Of a stretch of DNA of 64,000 nucleotides, positions 49,273-60,900 are shown piece after piece; positions within the stretch are counted from its first letter, which is position 1; the number at the start of each line of letters is the position of its first letter. Position numbers and translations under genes: made by a program. The DNA comes from Leucoraja erinacea (lineage: Eukaryota), in assembly GCF_028641065.1 (NCBI RefSeq), contig NC_073386.1, positions 40,796,001 to 40,860,000 on the forward strand, read 5' to 3'. The notes below the pieces were generated by a model. That model made no database searches, had not been told where the DNA came from, and saw only the letters and a list, made by a program, of their open reading frames with translations.

Positions 49273-49750
49273 ACACGTGACACCCTGTTGTGTACCGTGT
49301 CTCCACACACGTGACCCTGCTGTGTACCGTGTCTCCACACACGTGACCCTGCTGTGTGTACCGTGTCTCTCTACACACGTGACCCTGCTGTGTACTATGT
49401 CTCCACACACGTGACCCTGTTGTGTATGGTGTCTCTACACACGTGACCCTGCTGTGTACTGTGTCTCTACACACGTGACCCTGCTGTGTACTGTGTCTCT
49501 ACACACGTGACCCTGCTGTGGACCATGTCTCCACACACGTGACCCTGCTGTGTACCATGTCTCCACACACGTGACCCTGCTGTGTATGGTGTCTCCACAC
49601 ACGTGACCCTGCTGTGTACCGTGTCTCCACACACGTGACCCTGCTGTGTACCGTGTCTCCACACACGTGACCCTGCTGTGTACCGTGTCTCCACACACGT
49701 GACCCTGCTGTGTATCCGTGTCTCCACACACGTGACCCTGCTGTGTACCA
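49273..49750 (+). repeat. 32-bp minisatellite, 15 copies, in RXRG intron 7
   Basis: Unit CACGTGACCCTGCTGTGTACCGTGTCTCCACA; 15 CACGTG counted (49274 to 49729). Confidence 0.97.
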
Positions 49751-50227
49751 TTGGTGCCACCACACACTTTGCTTCACGCTTCATTTCCGTGCATCAGGGA
49801 GACCAGAGCCCGCCCTGACAACAGTGTTGTGGAGGGCTCGACAGAGGCTGAGTCCGCCCTGCATCTCTCCCTTCCCTGATGACCCATGTAATCCCATCGC
49901 ATGCTACACTTACCCTGACCACAGCGCAGTGCCCATCAGCATCTGGCAGCAGCTTAGTCGGGTAAGGGAGAGACACCGAACCATCACACAATGACCAATG
50001 TACATTCAGGCCAGCACTTGGTTGATGAGTTTATTTTTCAGGGGACCTGTTGGAGGAGGGAGAGGTGGAGAGGAGGTTGGGGCGGAGGTGGCAGAAAGCT
50101 GGTGGTCTGAGGTGACAAGATGCCAGGGTGGGATGAGTGCAGGGATTTTGGATGGTTTTGGTGTTGAGGGGTTAGACAGAGTCCTGGAGAGGAGAGGGAT
50201 TTGCCACAGAGTAACCATTTTATAAAT

Positions 50228-50550
50228 GTAGTTTAGTTTATTGTCACGTGTACCGAGGTACAATGAATAGCTTTTTTGTTGTGTGCTATCCTGTTGGCGG
50301 AAAGACAATACATGATTGCAATCAATCCGGCCACAGTGTACAGATACAGGATAAAAGGAATAACGTTTCGTGCCAGATTAAGACCAGTAAAGTCCGATTG
50401 AAGATAGTCCAAGGGTCTCCAATGAGACAGATAGACTGCTCTCTAGTTGGTGATAGGATGGTTCATTTACCTGATAAACTGTCCCTGAATCTGGGTGTGT
50501 GTGTTTTCACACTTTTATATCTCTTGCCTGATGGGAGAGGAGAGAATAGG
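50228..50550 (-). mobile_element. Rex1-type LINE tail
   Basis: Same family as 20117-20653 (GTGACAATAAACTAAAC tail). Confidence 0.75.
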
Positions 50551-50661
50551 GAACAAAAAACGTAGCCCATTTTGAAATTGAACATTGGGGAGTCAAAATG
50601 GCAAAATAATATATGAGATCACATACAAATGCAGCTCTGATCCTTCTAACATCTCTACTAG

Positions 50662-50753
50662 GGTTTTGACCGAATTGGTTTCCAAGATGAAAGACATGCA
50701 GATGGACAAGACAGAGCTGGGATGCCTGAGAGCCATTGTTCTATTCAATCCAG
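50662..50753 (+). CDS. RXRG: RXRG exon 8 (LBD)
   Basis: ctactag|G GTT TTG... CCA G|gtatgg; [30 protein letters not shown]; 92 bp. Confidence 0.98.
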
Positions 50754-51381
50754 GTATGGCCTGCACCAACACTTTCACAGCGACGGATGAGGAAGGACCA
50801 TGTGGGTGTGAGGACATCGATGCCATGGGGGGGATCAATGGGAACCCGGTGTGGGGGGGCCACTGTGACGGAGGGGGGGAAGAACAATGGACAATGGAGG
50901 ACCCGGCACTGCTGTGAGGGAGGGGGAGGGGTAGAGAACAAAGGGAGACCTGGCGTGGGGTGTACTTTGTAACTTTGTAAGCGCCCTCTATGTGGCGACT
51001 ATTTGCATACCTTGGATATGCAAGCAAGGAAGTTCACTGACTTGTCACATGTGACAATAAAGTATTCATTCATTCAGCTAAGGGTAGTGTTAGTGTGCAG
51101 GCTGATCGCTGGTCGGCACAGACGCTGGGTCGAGGGGCTTATTTTCATGCTGTATCTCAAAAGAGTAAAGTCTGACAAGACAGGCGGTTCTTCAGGGCAG
51201 GATGAATCAGGAAGGGGTTTGGCCGACATAAGTGAGAAGGATGGAGTGAGAAGGATGGCTTTTTTGGTGGAATGGTGTGTAGTGAGTGAATATGATGATC
51301 GTGCTGGTGAAATGTTTGTATCTGGCCTATTCTGTATGTCTGTATTTTAACTAACGTGAATATTTTCAATATGCTTTTTAG

Positions 51382-51487
51382 ATGCTAAAGGCTTATCGAA
51401 CCCAGGTGAGGTGGAATCTTTGAGGGAGAAGGTCTATGCATCTCTAGAAGCTTTCACAAAGCACAAGTACCCAGAGCAGCCAGGCCG
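51382..51487 (+). CDS. RXRG: RXRG exon 9 (LBD)
   Basis: ctttttag|AT GCT AAA... GGC CG|gtaaga; [36 protein letters not shown]; 106 bp. Confidence 0.98.
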
Positions 51488-51770
51488 GTAAGAAACTCCA
51501 CACATCTCTGCTCCTCTGTTGCTGTCATAGCTTCTGTGTAGGGCTGTATTCCCTTGTTCTTAACGTCTCCGCCGATCCTGTCACAACACTGGCATCTACC
51601 CCACAGTGCGGAACATGGAAAAATGCCCAGGTAGCGAAGGATTAAAAGCACCTGGTTTTATCCCTCGCTTTGGGAGCGGCTGCAGACATTACGTGGGCTC
51701 TCCACCACTATCTCCTCCATCAGTCTTGTCACACCAGCTACTGACGAGAACCTTCCCTCTGTCTCCCCAG

Positions 51771-51918
51771 GTTTGCCAAGCTGTTGCTCCGACTGCCGGC
51801 CCTGCGATCGATCGGCCTCAAGTGCCTCGAGCACCTGTTCTTCTTCAAGCTGATCGGCGACACCCCCATCGACACCTTCCTGATGGAGATGCTGGAGGCT
51901 CCTCATCAAATGACGTGA
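51771..51918 (+). CDS. RXRG: RXRG exon 10, coding part (dimer interface, AF-2)
   Basis: tccccag|G TTT GCC AAG...; [51 protein letters not shown] at 51916-51918. Confidence 0.98.
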
Positions 51919-54900
51919 ATCCATTTCCCGCGTCCATCCCCCCCCCCCGCCCACCCTTCCTTAATGTCAAAATCTGTAAATATGTTCACTAATTGTGTGA
52001 ATAGAACCAAGATAATGCCATCCGTCTAACTTGTAAAACAACACCTTGTATTTTGTACCTTGAACAAGCACAGCGTAGCAATTATTTGATAGTTTGTTAC
52101 AGGGATTTTAAAAGACAAAGTTCTATTTGGAGACGATTGAATCAGGTTGACAAATCGGTACCTCTCACGCTTCAGTCCGCACTGTCAGCTAGCTCCCCAC
52201 TGCCTGGGTTCATGTTGCCTTGGGGCCCCACTCACAACCTGAACCTGCAGCACATTCTCCACCACTGTGATGCACTGATGGTTTAAGCTGCAGGGCTCCC
52301 CCCCCACTTCACCACACAGCCAGCCAGCTCCCATTCACAAAGCACCCTTGCAACCCAGTCCTGCTTCACTGAACCCTCTCCTGTTCGTTACTCCCATGCT
52401 CAAGACCTTGTCAAGGCTCCCCAGATACCTTGTCAAGGCGAGCCACCTTCTTCTACCTGGCACTGTTTCAGGATCAGCTGCCCCTACTCTCAGGTTCAGG
52501 GTCAAGTCTTTGAGCTGCTGATTAATCATGAAAGCAGCTTCAATCCCCTGCTGTGTTTGTTTCTCCAGTGGCCCCGTGTACTGGGAACAGACTGGGGTCA
52601 CTCTGGAATCAGTCGGGTGCAGGCAATCGGTAGCAGGATGGAGGGAGCTTGACAAGATGCTTGCATCCATTAGAGGATGGGCCAGGTGAATGGGAATGGG
52701 CAAGGGATGGGAGCTGGAATAAGCAGCATAAGTGGGAGGATGTAACCCCTTCACCGAGACTGTGTGCTCAGCTGCACCTCAATGTCCCGAGCACCTTTAC
52801 GTATCCTGTCTTTGCACGCAGGTCCATTGCCTTTTTCCCATCCCTTGTCGCCCTGAGTGTGCGGATAAAACTCAGGAGCTTTTCACTTTGACACGAAACT
52901 AGGAATTACCAGCGTGGGGAGTCAGGTTCAACGGGTTGCTAAAGGTTTTCTATAGGGACTAGTGAACCAGTTGGATGTTTGTGTCAATCTAACCCTCAGT
53001 TACAGCTGTTGTCAGGGTTCTTCACAGTTCACGCTGCCCTGGTTAGATTGAACATCACCTTCCCGGTTTATTAAACGCACGTCAGCAGTGCGGAAATCAG
53101 TTGTCATCTCAGTAACATCTCCCAAATGCTCAAAGTAACATACTCTTCTAGTTTTGTAACATTTAACGTGATATTTTGGACTGCAGCCTCGTGAGCGTTT
53201 ATTATGTCCCTGTGGGATCATCAGGCACCGTGTTTTATTTCCAATCGGTTTATCTTCATCCCACCCTTTAGGTGCTGTCCAAACTTCACTGACAACTCAC
53301 TACCTACATCAATGCGTTCCCCAGTGAAGACTAGCTAGATTGCTCCCGATGTCCCTGGCTCCCTCCCCTTCCCACTCCGCTGTCTGGTCCAGCTTATCCC
53401 TACACTGCCAGCTCTCAGTCCCCACTCTCATCAAATCTTCCTTTAAAACCCACTGCTTTGACCAGGGTTTGCGCTCCTCTCACCAACCACCTCCACCAAA
53501 TGTACAACTATGGATGTTAAAACCAGCACTGCTAAGGCCTTTCAGCCCATCAAATTAGTCCTAATGCTTTGTAGAGCAACCCATGTTCAATCAGTCCCAC
53601 TTTCCTACTGACAATGTTCCCCCCAGTGTCCGTCCTAGTCCCTTTCAGAAGCCCTGACCGACAGCTCTCACCACCTGTACATGCAGCGATCTCTGGATCA
53701 TGGCAATGCTGCTTTACCTCGCCTCACCGTACTGTCCTTTGGCCAGATAACGTATCTATCTGCCTGTTGCCACAAGTGGTGCGGTTTGCAAAACCCCACC
53801 TGGTGCTGCCACATCTTGCCTGAATCCCCTACCTCCATTTGCAAAGCACAGCTTGTACTTGGAGGCAATCTTATTCCCATGCCAACACATGTACAACACC
53901 AGGTGGACTCCAATTACTGCTGGGTAGCACTGTGGTGCAGTGGGTAGATCCACTGTGTCATAGTACCAACAAACTGGGTCCAATGCTGACCTCTGGTGCT
54001 GTCTTTGTGGAGTTTGCATGTTATCCCTTTAGACTTCAGGGATACACCATGGGAACGGGCCCTTCAGCTCACCGAGTCTGTGCCGACCAGCGATCACCCC
54101 GTGCACTAACATTATCCTACACACTAGCGACAATTTTGCATCTTACTGAAGCCAATTAATCTACAAACCTGTCCGTCTTTGGAATGTGGGAGGAAACTGT
54201 CACAGGGAGAACGTAAAAATTCCCTGCAGACAGCACCCGTCGTCAGGATCGAACCCGGGTCTCTGGCGCTGTAAGGCAGCAATTCCAACGCTGCTCCACC
54301 ATGCCGCCCTGTACCATTCTCTCCTGCATGCTCCAGTTTCCCTCTACATCCCAAAGACGTGCGGGTTGTTAGGTTACTTGGCCACTGTCAATTGCCCCTG
54401 GTGTGCAGAAGTGATGAATCACCCTGAAGATTCAGGGTAGTCGGGGTGTTGTGTTGTTGATAGGAATATGGACAGAATAGATTGCAGGGAGTATTCGTGG
54501 AGATGCAGGACTGATGCGCTTGCTCTCTGAGCCCAACAAAATGAGTCCAATGTGTAGGAAGGAACTGCAGATGCTGGTTTACATCCAACGTAGCCACAAA
54601 ATGCTTTTCGAGTCTGGACTCTTCTTCAGACTCAGGAGTCAAATTACCTCATTGTTTGAAGTGTGTAAAAATGAAATGCAGGAACACAAAATGTAGTGGC
54701 CCTCACTGTAAAGACAAATTGAAAAACTTGCTAAACAGTAAGGGATGTGACACTGTCAGGGGAGAAGGCAGGAGAATGGGGTTGAGAGGGAGAGATAGAT
54801 CAGCCATGATTGAATGGTGGAGTAGACTAATGGGCATAACGGCCTAATTCTGCTCCTATCACTTATGAAAACATTGTGGAGACCCACGCACCACAACATT

Positions 54901-56074
54901 GTGAAAGATAACATACAGGCAGAAATATCTAATATACGTCTGGCCTTGGAGGCTTGAAAATAAAGGGAAGATCCATTTAAAGTGTACAGAATGTTGGTCA
55001 GGTCCCACCAGGATTGGTGTAGTGGGGCCATACACCAGGGAAACGGGTCCCTTTAGCCCATCATGTCCACTCCAGCCACCAGTTACCCAATCCAGTTTCC
55101 AGTATCAGCCTGTGGCCTTTTATACAATGTTTTAGGTGGTCAGCCAGATAATTGTCCAACATTGTGCCTGTTCCTGCCTCCATTAGCCCCCTGGGCTAGC
55201 AGATCAGAGAGTTGCCTGCCACAATGAAGGAAGACGCTTCAAAGGTTGAGAATGGTTTGCCTGAAGTTATATTCTTCTGAGTGTGAGTATTTGAGGGGTG
55301 ATCGCAGTGAGGTGTTTAGGGTAACTAATGTGCTAGATTCCAAGAACTGATTTCCTATGTGGTGGTTTTAAAACGGGCTGGGGAACAAAGTGAAGGACAG
55401 GGGAAAAGCAGGAATCAGCTGTTCATCCAGGGTTGAGAAACCAGGATAACTTCCGCCCCACCTCCCACAGAAAACTGAAAAGCAGTTGTAGTGTGCTGAA
55501 TGTATGTAGTGTGTGCCGAGCCATGGGATACACAGCAAAGGTAGGGAAATGAAGAAGATGCATCGCAGCATCGGGGCGGAGCTCCCTTCATTTTGAGCCC
55601 AGCCATTTTGACTCCACGTCATGAGCTGTTTTTGGACACCGGATGTTAGCTTCTAACAATGAACAGCATTTATGTGGCACCTCTGATGCTGGAGCACTGC
55701 AAAGTACATCACAAGACCGTTATCAAATTAATTGCCTGACCGTTTATTGGGGAAATGACAGATCCTTGATCAGAGGGAGGTTTATTAGAGTGGCAACTGA
55801 ATGCTCTTCTGCCTTTTCTCTTTGCCCTTTCCCTTAGATGACACCTGGACTCCCCAGTCCCTTTACCCCACATTTACAGTGGGTCAGAGAGGCAGGTGGG
55901 ATCGCCGGAGTCTGAGGGTTGACACTGCAGCCCGTTTATGCCTGCCATGCACACTGTGCGTTACGTGGAACCAGACATACGCTGTCCCCAGCCATGCACA
56001 CCCTGACTACAACCCACGCACTGCAACAGAACACACGGTCACTCCACACTGTGTGCCCAACTGCTAATGTTGGT

Positions 56075-56260
56075 AGGTAGACAAAAGTGCTGGAGAAACT
56101 CAGCGGGTGCGGCAGCATCGATGGAGCGAAGGAGATAGGCAACGTTTCCCGAAACGTTGCCCGTCACCTTCGCTCCATAGATGCTGCTTCACCCGCTGAG
56201 TTTCTCCAGCACTTTTGTCTACCTGTTGATTTTCCAGCATCTGCAGTTCCTTCTTAAACA
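56075..56260. mobile_element. Near-perfect palindromic Penelope-derived element (hairpin 56075-56224)
   Basis: Arms AGGTAGACAAAAGTGCTGGAGAAACTCAGCGGGTG... / ...CACCCGCTGAGTTTCTCCAGCACTTTTGTCTACCT centred on GCAACGTTTC-CC-GAAACGTTGC. Confidence 0.85.
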
Positions 56261-57833
56261 TGCTATTGTTGGTAATTGTGCTATTGTTCTGCCTGTATAT
56301 TTTATATATAATACATATAGTGTCTAGTTTATTATTCATGATTGAAAAGTCATCTCAAAAATAGCCCATTGCGCCATGTGGCGTGCACCTTTGGGTCTGA
56401 AGTCTGCATTACACATCTTGCTTCCATTACCACATCTTTATTGCAAGCATCAAAATCACAGCCAGTAACACAAATTGAGAGGTTAATTGACAAAGAAATA
56501 AACTATGCACTGTATACGTGTGTGTGTGTATGTGTACACTTATTGTATACATATACATGCCTGTATACATACATATATACCCGCTTTGTTTATATTTATG
56601 TAGTATAAGTATGAAATAAATTGGCTGTGAGTGGAAGCTACTCTTATTCCAGACCGGGAGAGTCAGGCCTTCATCCAATGCTTGTCCCAGCTTGTATTCT
56701 TTCTGTTGTACTGCCACTGTACAGATAGTCCAAGAATAACTTTCAAAGAAAGGGCGACAGTTGCAGAGATTTGACATCCATTTTCCTTTCACCTGAACAA
56801 ATGCTTATATTTTTGTACTGTATAAATCGGAGATAATGAGCCACTTGCTGCAAATTAGCTCCAAGACACTGCCCCAAGCAGCAGGCACGAGGTATAACAT
56901 GAAGCTTGACATCACTATGTGTCTGTTTGGAGGAGTTTATTCTGTACCTGTCTGTCTTTGGACTGCTCTGCAGCATCTATACAGCTTTGGTATAAACTCT
57001 CTTTTAGCAACAACAACAATTTAACTATTTTGTCTGTAATTGTTTGCTTTGTAAATACACTGTTTAAATTCTGCCTTGTTGTTTGGTGTGTGATTGCTTC
57101 TTCCTTCGGCAGTCTGAGTGAGGGGTTATCACTGACTACAAACAATCAAGTCTTTCCACCCACTTACCATGTAACTGGGGGCAGCACAGTGGAGCAGCGG
57201 TAGATCTGCTGCCTTACAGCACCAGAGACTCGGTCCTGACTATGGGTCACACCACATGGACCCAGATAAACATAGACTCACACAAACCGTCAGTGTTGTG
57301 AATGGGAATATTACCCTCTGCACCCGGACCAAACTCTTCTTGGGAGGAGGTGGGGGAATTGTGAGCTCTGGTTATTTAAATCTACACACAGATCGGCAAC
57401 GTTGCACAACCTCATTGGCTTTCTGCGGCTGAACGAGAAAGACAGCATGTCTTTCCTAACCCTGACACGATGCTTCTGCCACAAAGTACTTTTGAAGAAA
57501 GGTAGCCTTGCTCTATCGATTATACTTGAGTTTGATGATTGTATTCATGTACAGTATTATCTGACCTGATTGGATAGCGTTAAAAACAAATCTTTACACT
57601 ACCTCGTGACATGTGATAATAATAAACCGACACCCAAACCCAGGTGTTGCACGGTGTTGCAGCGGTAGAGTTGCTGCCTTACAGCGCCAGAGACCCAGGT
57701 TCAACCCTGACTACGGGTGCTGTCTGTGAGGAGTTTGTACGTTTTCCCTGCGATCACATGGGATTTCCCCGGGTGCTCTGGTTTCCTCCCACACTCCAAA
57801 GGCATTGGTTTCAGTTTAAAAAAAAATCTAAAT

Positions 57834-58036
57834 TGGTTGATCTGAGAGATTAATGCTGGTTGATCATGAGAATTGATGCTGGTTGATCTAGAGGATTGAT
57901 CTAGAGGATTAATGCTAGTTGATCTGGAGTATTAATGCCAGTTGATCTGGAGTATTAATGCTAGTTGATGTGGAGTATTAATGCTAGTTGATCTGGACTA
58001 TTAATGCGAGATGATCTGGAGGATTGATGCTGGATG
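57834..58036 (+). repeat. About 23-bp minisatellite abutting the acetyltransferase stop codon
   Basis: Unit ATTAATGCTAGTTGATCTGGAGT, about 8-9 diverged copies. Confidence 0.85.
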
Positions 58037-58383
58037 TCAGTTTAGGTCCATGGTACATTCATACCAAGGATCAGGACCATGAGTGACAGTGGATGGGCCA
58101 AGCAGGGTGAAGCCAGCCTTGGTGTAGAGGGGCAGGAGTTGCAGGTGGCAGATGAGACAGATCCTCCTGGCGGTGGGGCGGGAATGTCGTACGACCTCCA
58201 CAAAGTGCCGGAGCAGGCTCAGGGCGATCCCACGGCGCCGCCACGCCTGGTCCACACACACGGAGTGAATGCAGATGGTTGTCCCTGCAGATTCATGGAC
58301 TTCCATGGACCTCTGGGTGATGTGGTCTGCAACCGATCGAGTCCCACAAATAAATCCCACCAGCTTTCCGTTGATAAAATTAC
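58037..58383 (-). CDS. GNAT acetyltransferase, non-vertebrate-type AANAT / PAA1-like, exon 2
   Basis: Acceptor tttctttcaag|GT AAT TTT in frame with exon 1; (G)NFINGKLVGFICGT...ICIHSVCVDQAWRRRGIALSLL (GNAT motif A)...ICLICH...LYTKAGF (motif B)...HGPDPWYE...MDLN*; spliced product 164 aa. Confidence 0.88.
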
Positions 58384-58874
58384 CTTGAAAGAAATTTAAA
58401 TAGTTACTTTCAGATCACCGTCCCCATCCCCAACCGTGGATATTTGTGGAGGCACGGTGGCGCAGGTGGAGTTGCTGCCTTACAGCACCAGAAACCCTGG
58501 TTCGTTCCTGACTACGGATACTTTCTGCATGGAGTTTGCACATTCTTCCTGTTACTGCATGGGTTTTCTTCGGGTGCTCCGGTTTCCTCCCACATTTAAA
58601 AGATGTGCAGGTTTATAGATTAATTGGCTTTGGTAAACATTGTACAATTGTCACTAGTGTGTAGGATAGTGTAGTGTATGGGGTGAGCACCCGGAGAAAA
58701 CTCACGTGGTCACAGGGAGAATGTGCAATCTACGTACAGACGGCACCCAAAGTCAGGATCACACCCGGGTCTCTCATGCTGTAAGGCAGCAACTCGACCG
58801 CTGTGCCGCCCATGAATGAGAGAATCTGGAGAGGGAAATGATGGACGGGACTGTGGTGAGAATAAGATGAATGC

Positions 58875-59720
58875 ACAAGTTCACAAGTTATAGGAGTAGA
58901 ATTAGGTCGTTCGGTCCATCGAGTCTATTCCGCCATTCAATCATGGCTGATCTCTGCCTCCAAACCCTATTTTCCTGCCTCCTCCCCAAAACCCCTGACA
59001 CCCGTACTAATTAAGAATTTGGCAATCTCCGCCTTAAAAATATCAACTGACTTGGCCTCCATAGCCCACTCTGGCATTGAGTTCCACAGATTAACTACCC
59101 TCTGATTTAAGAAGTTTCTCCTCACCTCCTTTCTAAAAGAGCGCCCTTTAATTCTGTATGACCTCTGGTCCTAGACTCTCCCACTAGTGGAAACATCCTT
59201 TCCACATCCACTCTATGCCTTTCATTATTCTGTAAGTTTCAATGAGGTCCCCCCTCAACCTTCTAAACTCCAGCGAGTACAGGCCCAGTGCTGTCAAATT
59301 CTCATCATATGCCAACCCACTCATTCCTGGAATAATTCCTGTAAACCTCCTCTGGGCCTTATTCAGAGCCAGCACATCCTTCCTAATCTATGGGGCCCAA
59401 ATTAGTTTACAGTACTCCAAATGCGACCTGACCCGCGTTTATAGAGTCTCAGCATTACTTCTCTGTTTTTTGTATTCCAGTCCTCTTGCTATAAATGTTA
59501 GCATTGAATTTGCCTTCCTCATTACGGCTATGACTTGCAAATTAACTTTTTGGGAGTCCTGCACCAGCACTCCCATGCCTCTTTGCATAGATTTACGTAT
59601 TATCTTGCCATTTATAAAATAATCCACGCCTTTATTCTTATTACCAAAATGCATGACCCCGCACTTTACAGAATTTCATCTGCCATCTCTCAGCTCACTC
59701 TCCTAACCCGTCCAAGTCTT
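58875..59720 (-). mobile_element. CR1 LINE 3' fragment in the acetyltransferase intron
   Basis: MHFGNKNKGVDYF..., KANSML.FIARGLEYK, QRRFTGIIPGMSGL...LGLYSLEFRRLRGDLIETY. Confidence 0.85.
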
Positions 59721-60039
59721 TCTTGATCAGAGGGATCTCAGAGTACAAGTAGCAGGTGGACATTGTAGTGACGAAGGCTTTTGGCACGTTGTCCTCCATT
59801 CAGTCAATTAATTAAGAACAGAAGTTGGGACGTTATGCAAGAGTTACACAAGACGATGGTAAGGCTGCATTTGGAGTACACATTGTGTTCAGTTCAGGTC
59901 GGCCAACTCCAGAGAGGTTGCCTGCTCCGAATCAGACACTTTTTGTTGGATGGGTCGTTGATAAGTGTGCGCAGAGGGTCGTGCAATTTCTCTCTAATCT
60001 GACAGTGTTCCAATTAAGATCCTGACAAATTCTGCATTG

Positions 60040-60900
60040 CTAACATTGCACGGTGGCCACGGGATTTAATCCGCCGGCTGGCTGCACACGCTGACGCAAG
60101 GTATTAGTAGTGGCCGAATACTTGCAATGGACAGAATGCAACAGCGCACACAAATCCCCGAGTTGCAATTAAAGCCCAGTCTCTCTCACCTAGGAATAAC
60201 TCGCCCACTTCTCTCTGCCTGTATTGCAGCTTTCTTAAACTGGCCGCTTCCTCCGGCGGAAACGCGGACACTTCCAGAGCCAAGGCGGGGGCTACCTCCT
60301 CTGCCGACAAGGTGCGAATCTCTCCCTCCGGTTGCATTTTACCGGCGCCCGCCAGACCTCTTCTCCAAACCTCGGGCTGCGCTAAAGTGTTCGATCTATT
60401 AAAAGAGAGGGCGGTGCCTGCGGTCAGAGTGTACTCTGCGGTATTCCCTGCACTCCCACATGTACGCCCACAGTTTACCCTGGACGCTCCCCCGTGTGTA
60501 CACAGCACCCCTTGGGTGTCCCCCACTCCACTCTACCCCGCTCTCTATTCCGCCTTGTGCGTTGCACAAAAACAAGATCAAGTGCTGGAGTAACTCAGCA
60601 GGTCAGGCAGCGTCTGTGGGGAACGTGGATCAGTGAACTGTCGGGTCATGCCCTCAATCCGCCGGCACGCTGCTCTTTCGCAAGTCAGTGAGCAGCAGTG
60701 ATTTTGGCGGCCTTCTCTCACGGTCACCCCCTATTTCCACCATTTTTTACAGCGCAAAAATTGAGTTTTTAACAGGTAAGAACGTACGTGTTGCGTGCGT
60801 TTACTAGTGGATGCCGAAAGCTACCTTGTACTCCAGAAGGATTGAGCTGCTCCGTGCGACACGCCCTTTGACCTGATGATCTTACGCGCAACCTCATACC
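60040..60900. promoter_or_regulatory. CpG-rich promoter region of the acetyltransferase gene
   Basis: Visibly high CpG density relative to flanks, spanning exon 1 and upstream sequence. Confidence 0.55.
60190..60337 (-). CDS. GNAT acetyltransferase, non-vertebrate-type AANAT / PAA1-like, exon 1
   Basis: ATG at 60337 (AAAATGC context); MQPEGEIRTLSAEEVAPALALEVSAFPPEEAASLRKLQYRQREVGELFL-G; donor CTA G|GTGAGA, phase 1; lies in a CpG-rich region. Confidence 0.85.

Noticed and set aside
49273-49750. Regular ~32-bp repeats resembling a CRISPR array, with long repetitive ORFs (HSRVTCVETRYTAGSRVWRHG...)
   Set aside because: Units are contiguous with no unique spacers, there are no cas genes and the context is a vertebrate intron; the ORFs are by-products of a stop-free minisatellite
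52493-52504. GGTTCA-GGGTCA DR0-like site in the 3' UTR region
   Set aside because: A single imperfect pair is expected by chance in 64 kb
60338-60526. N-terminal extension of the acetyltransferase in the ORF track
   Set aside because: It starts at GTG and has no GNAT similarity; the ATG at 60337 has good context and gives a typical family length
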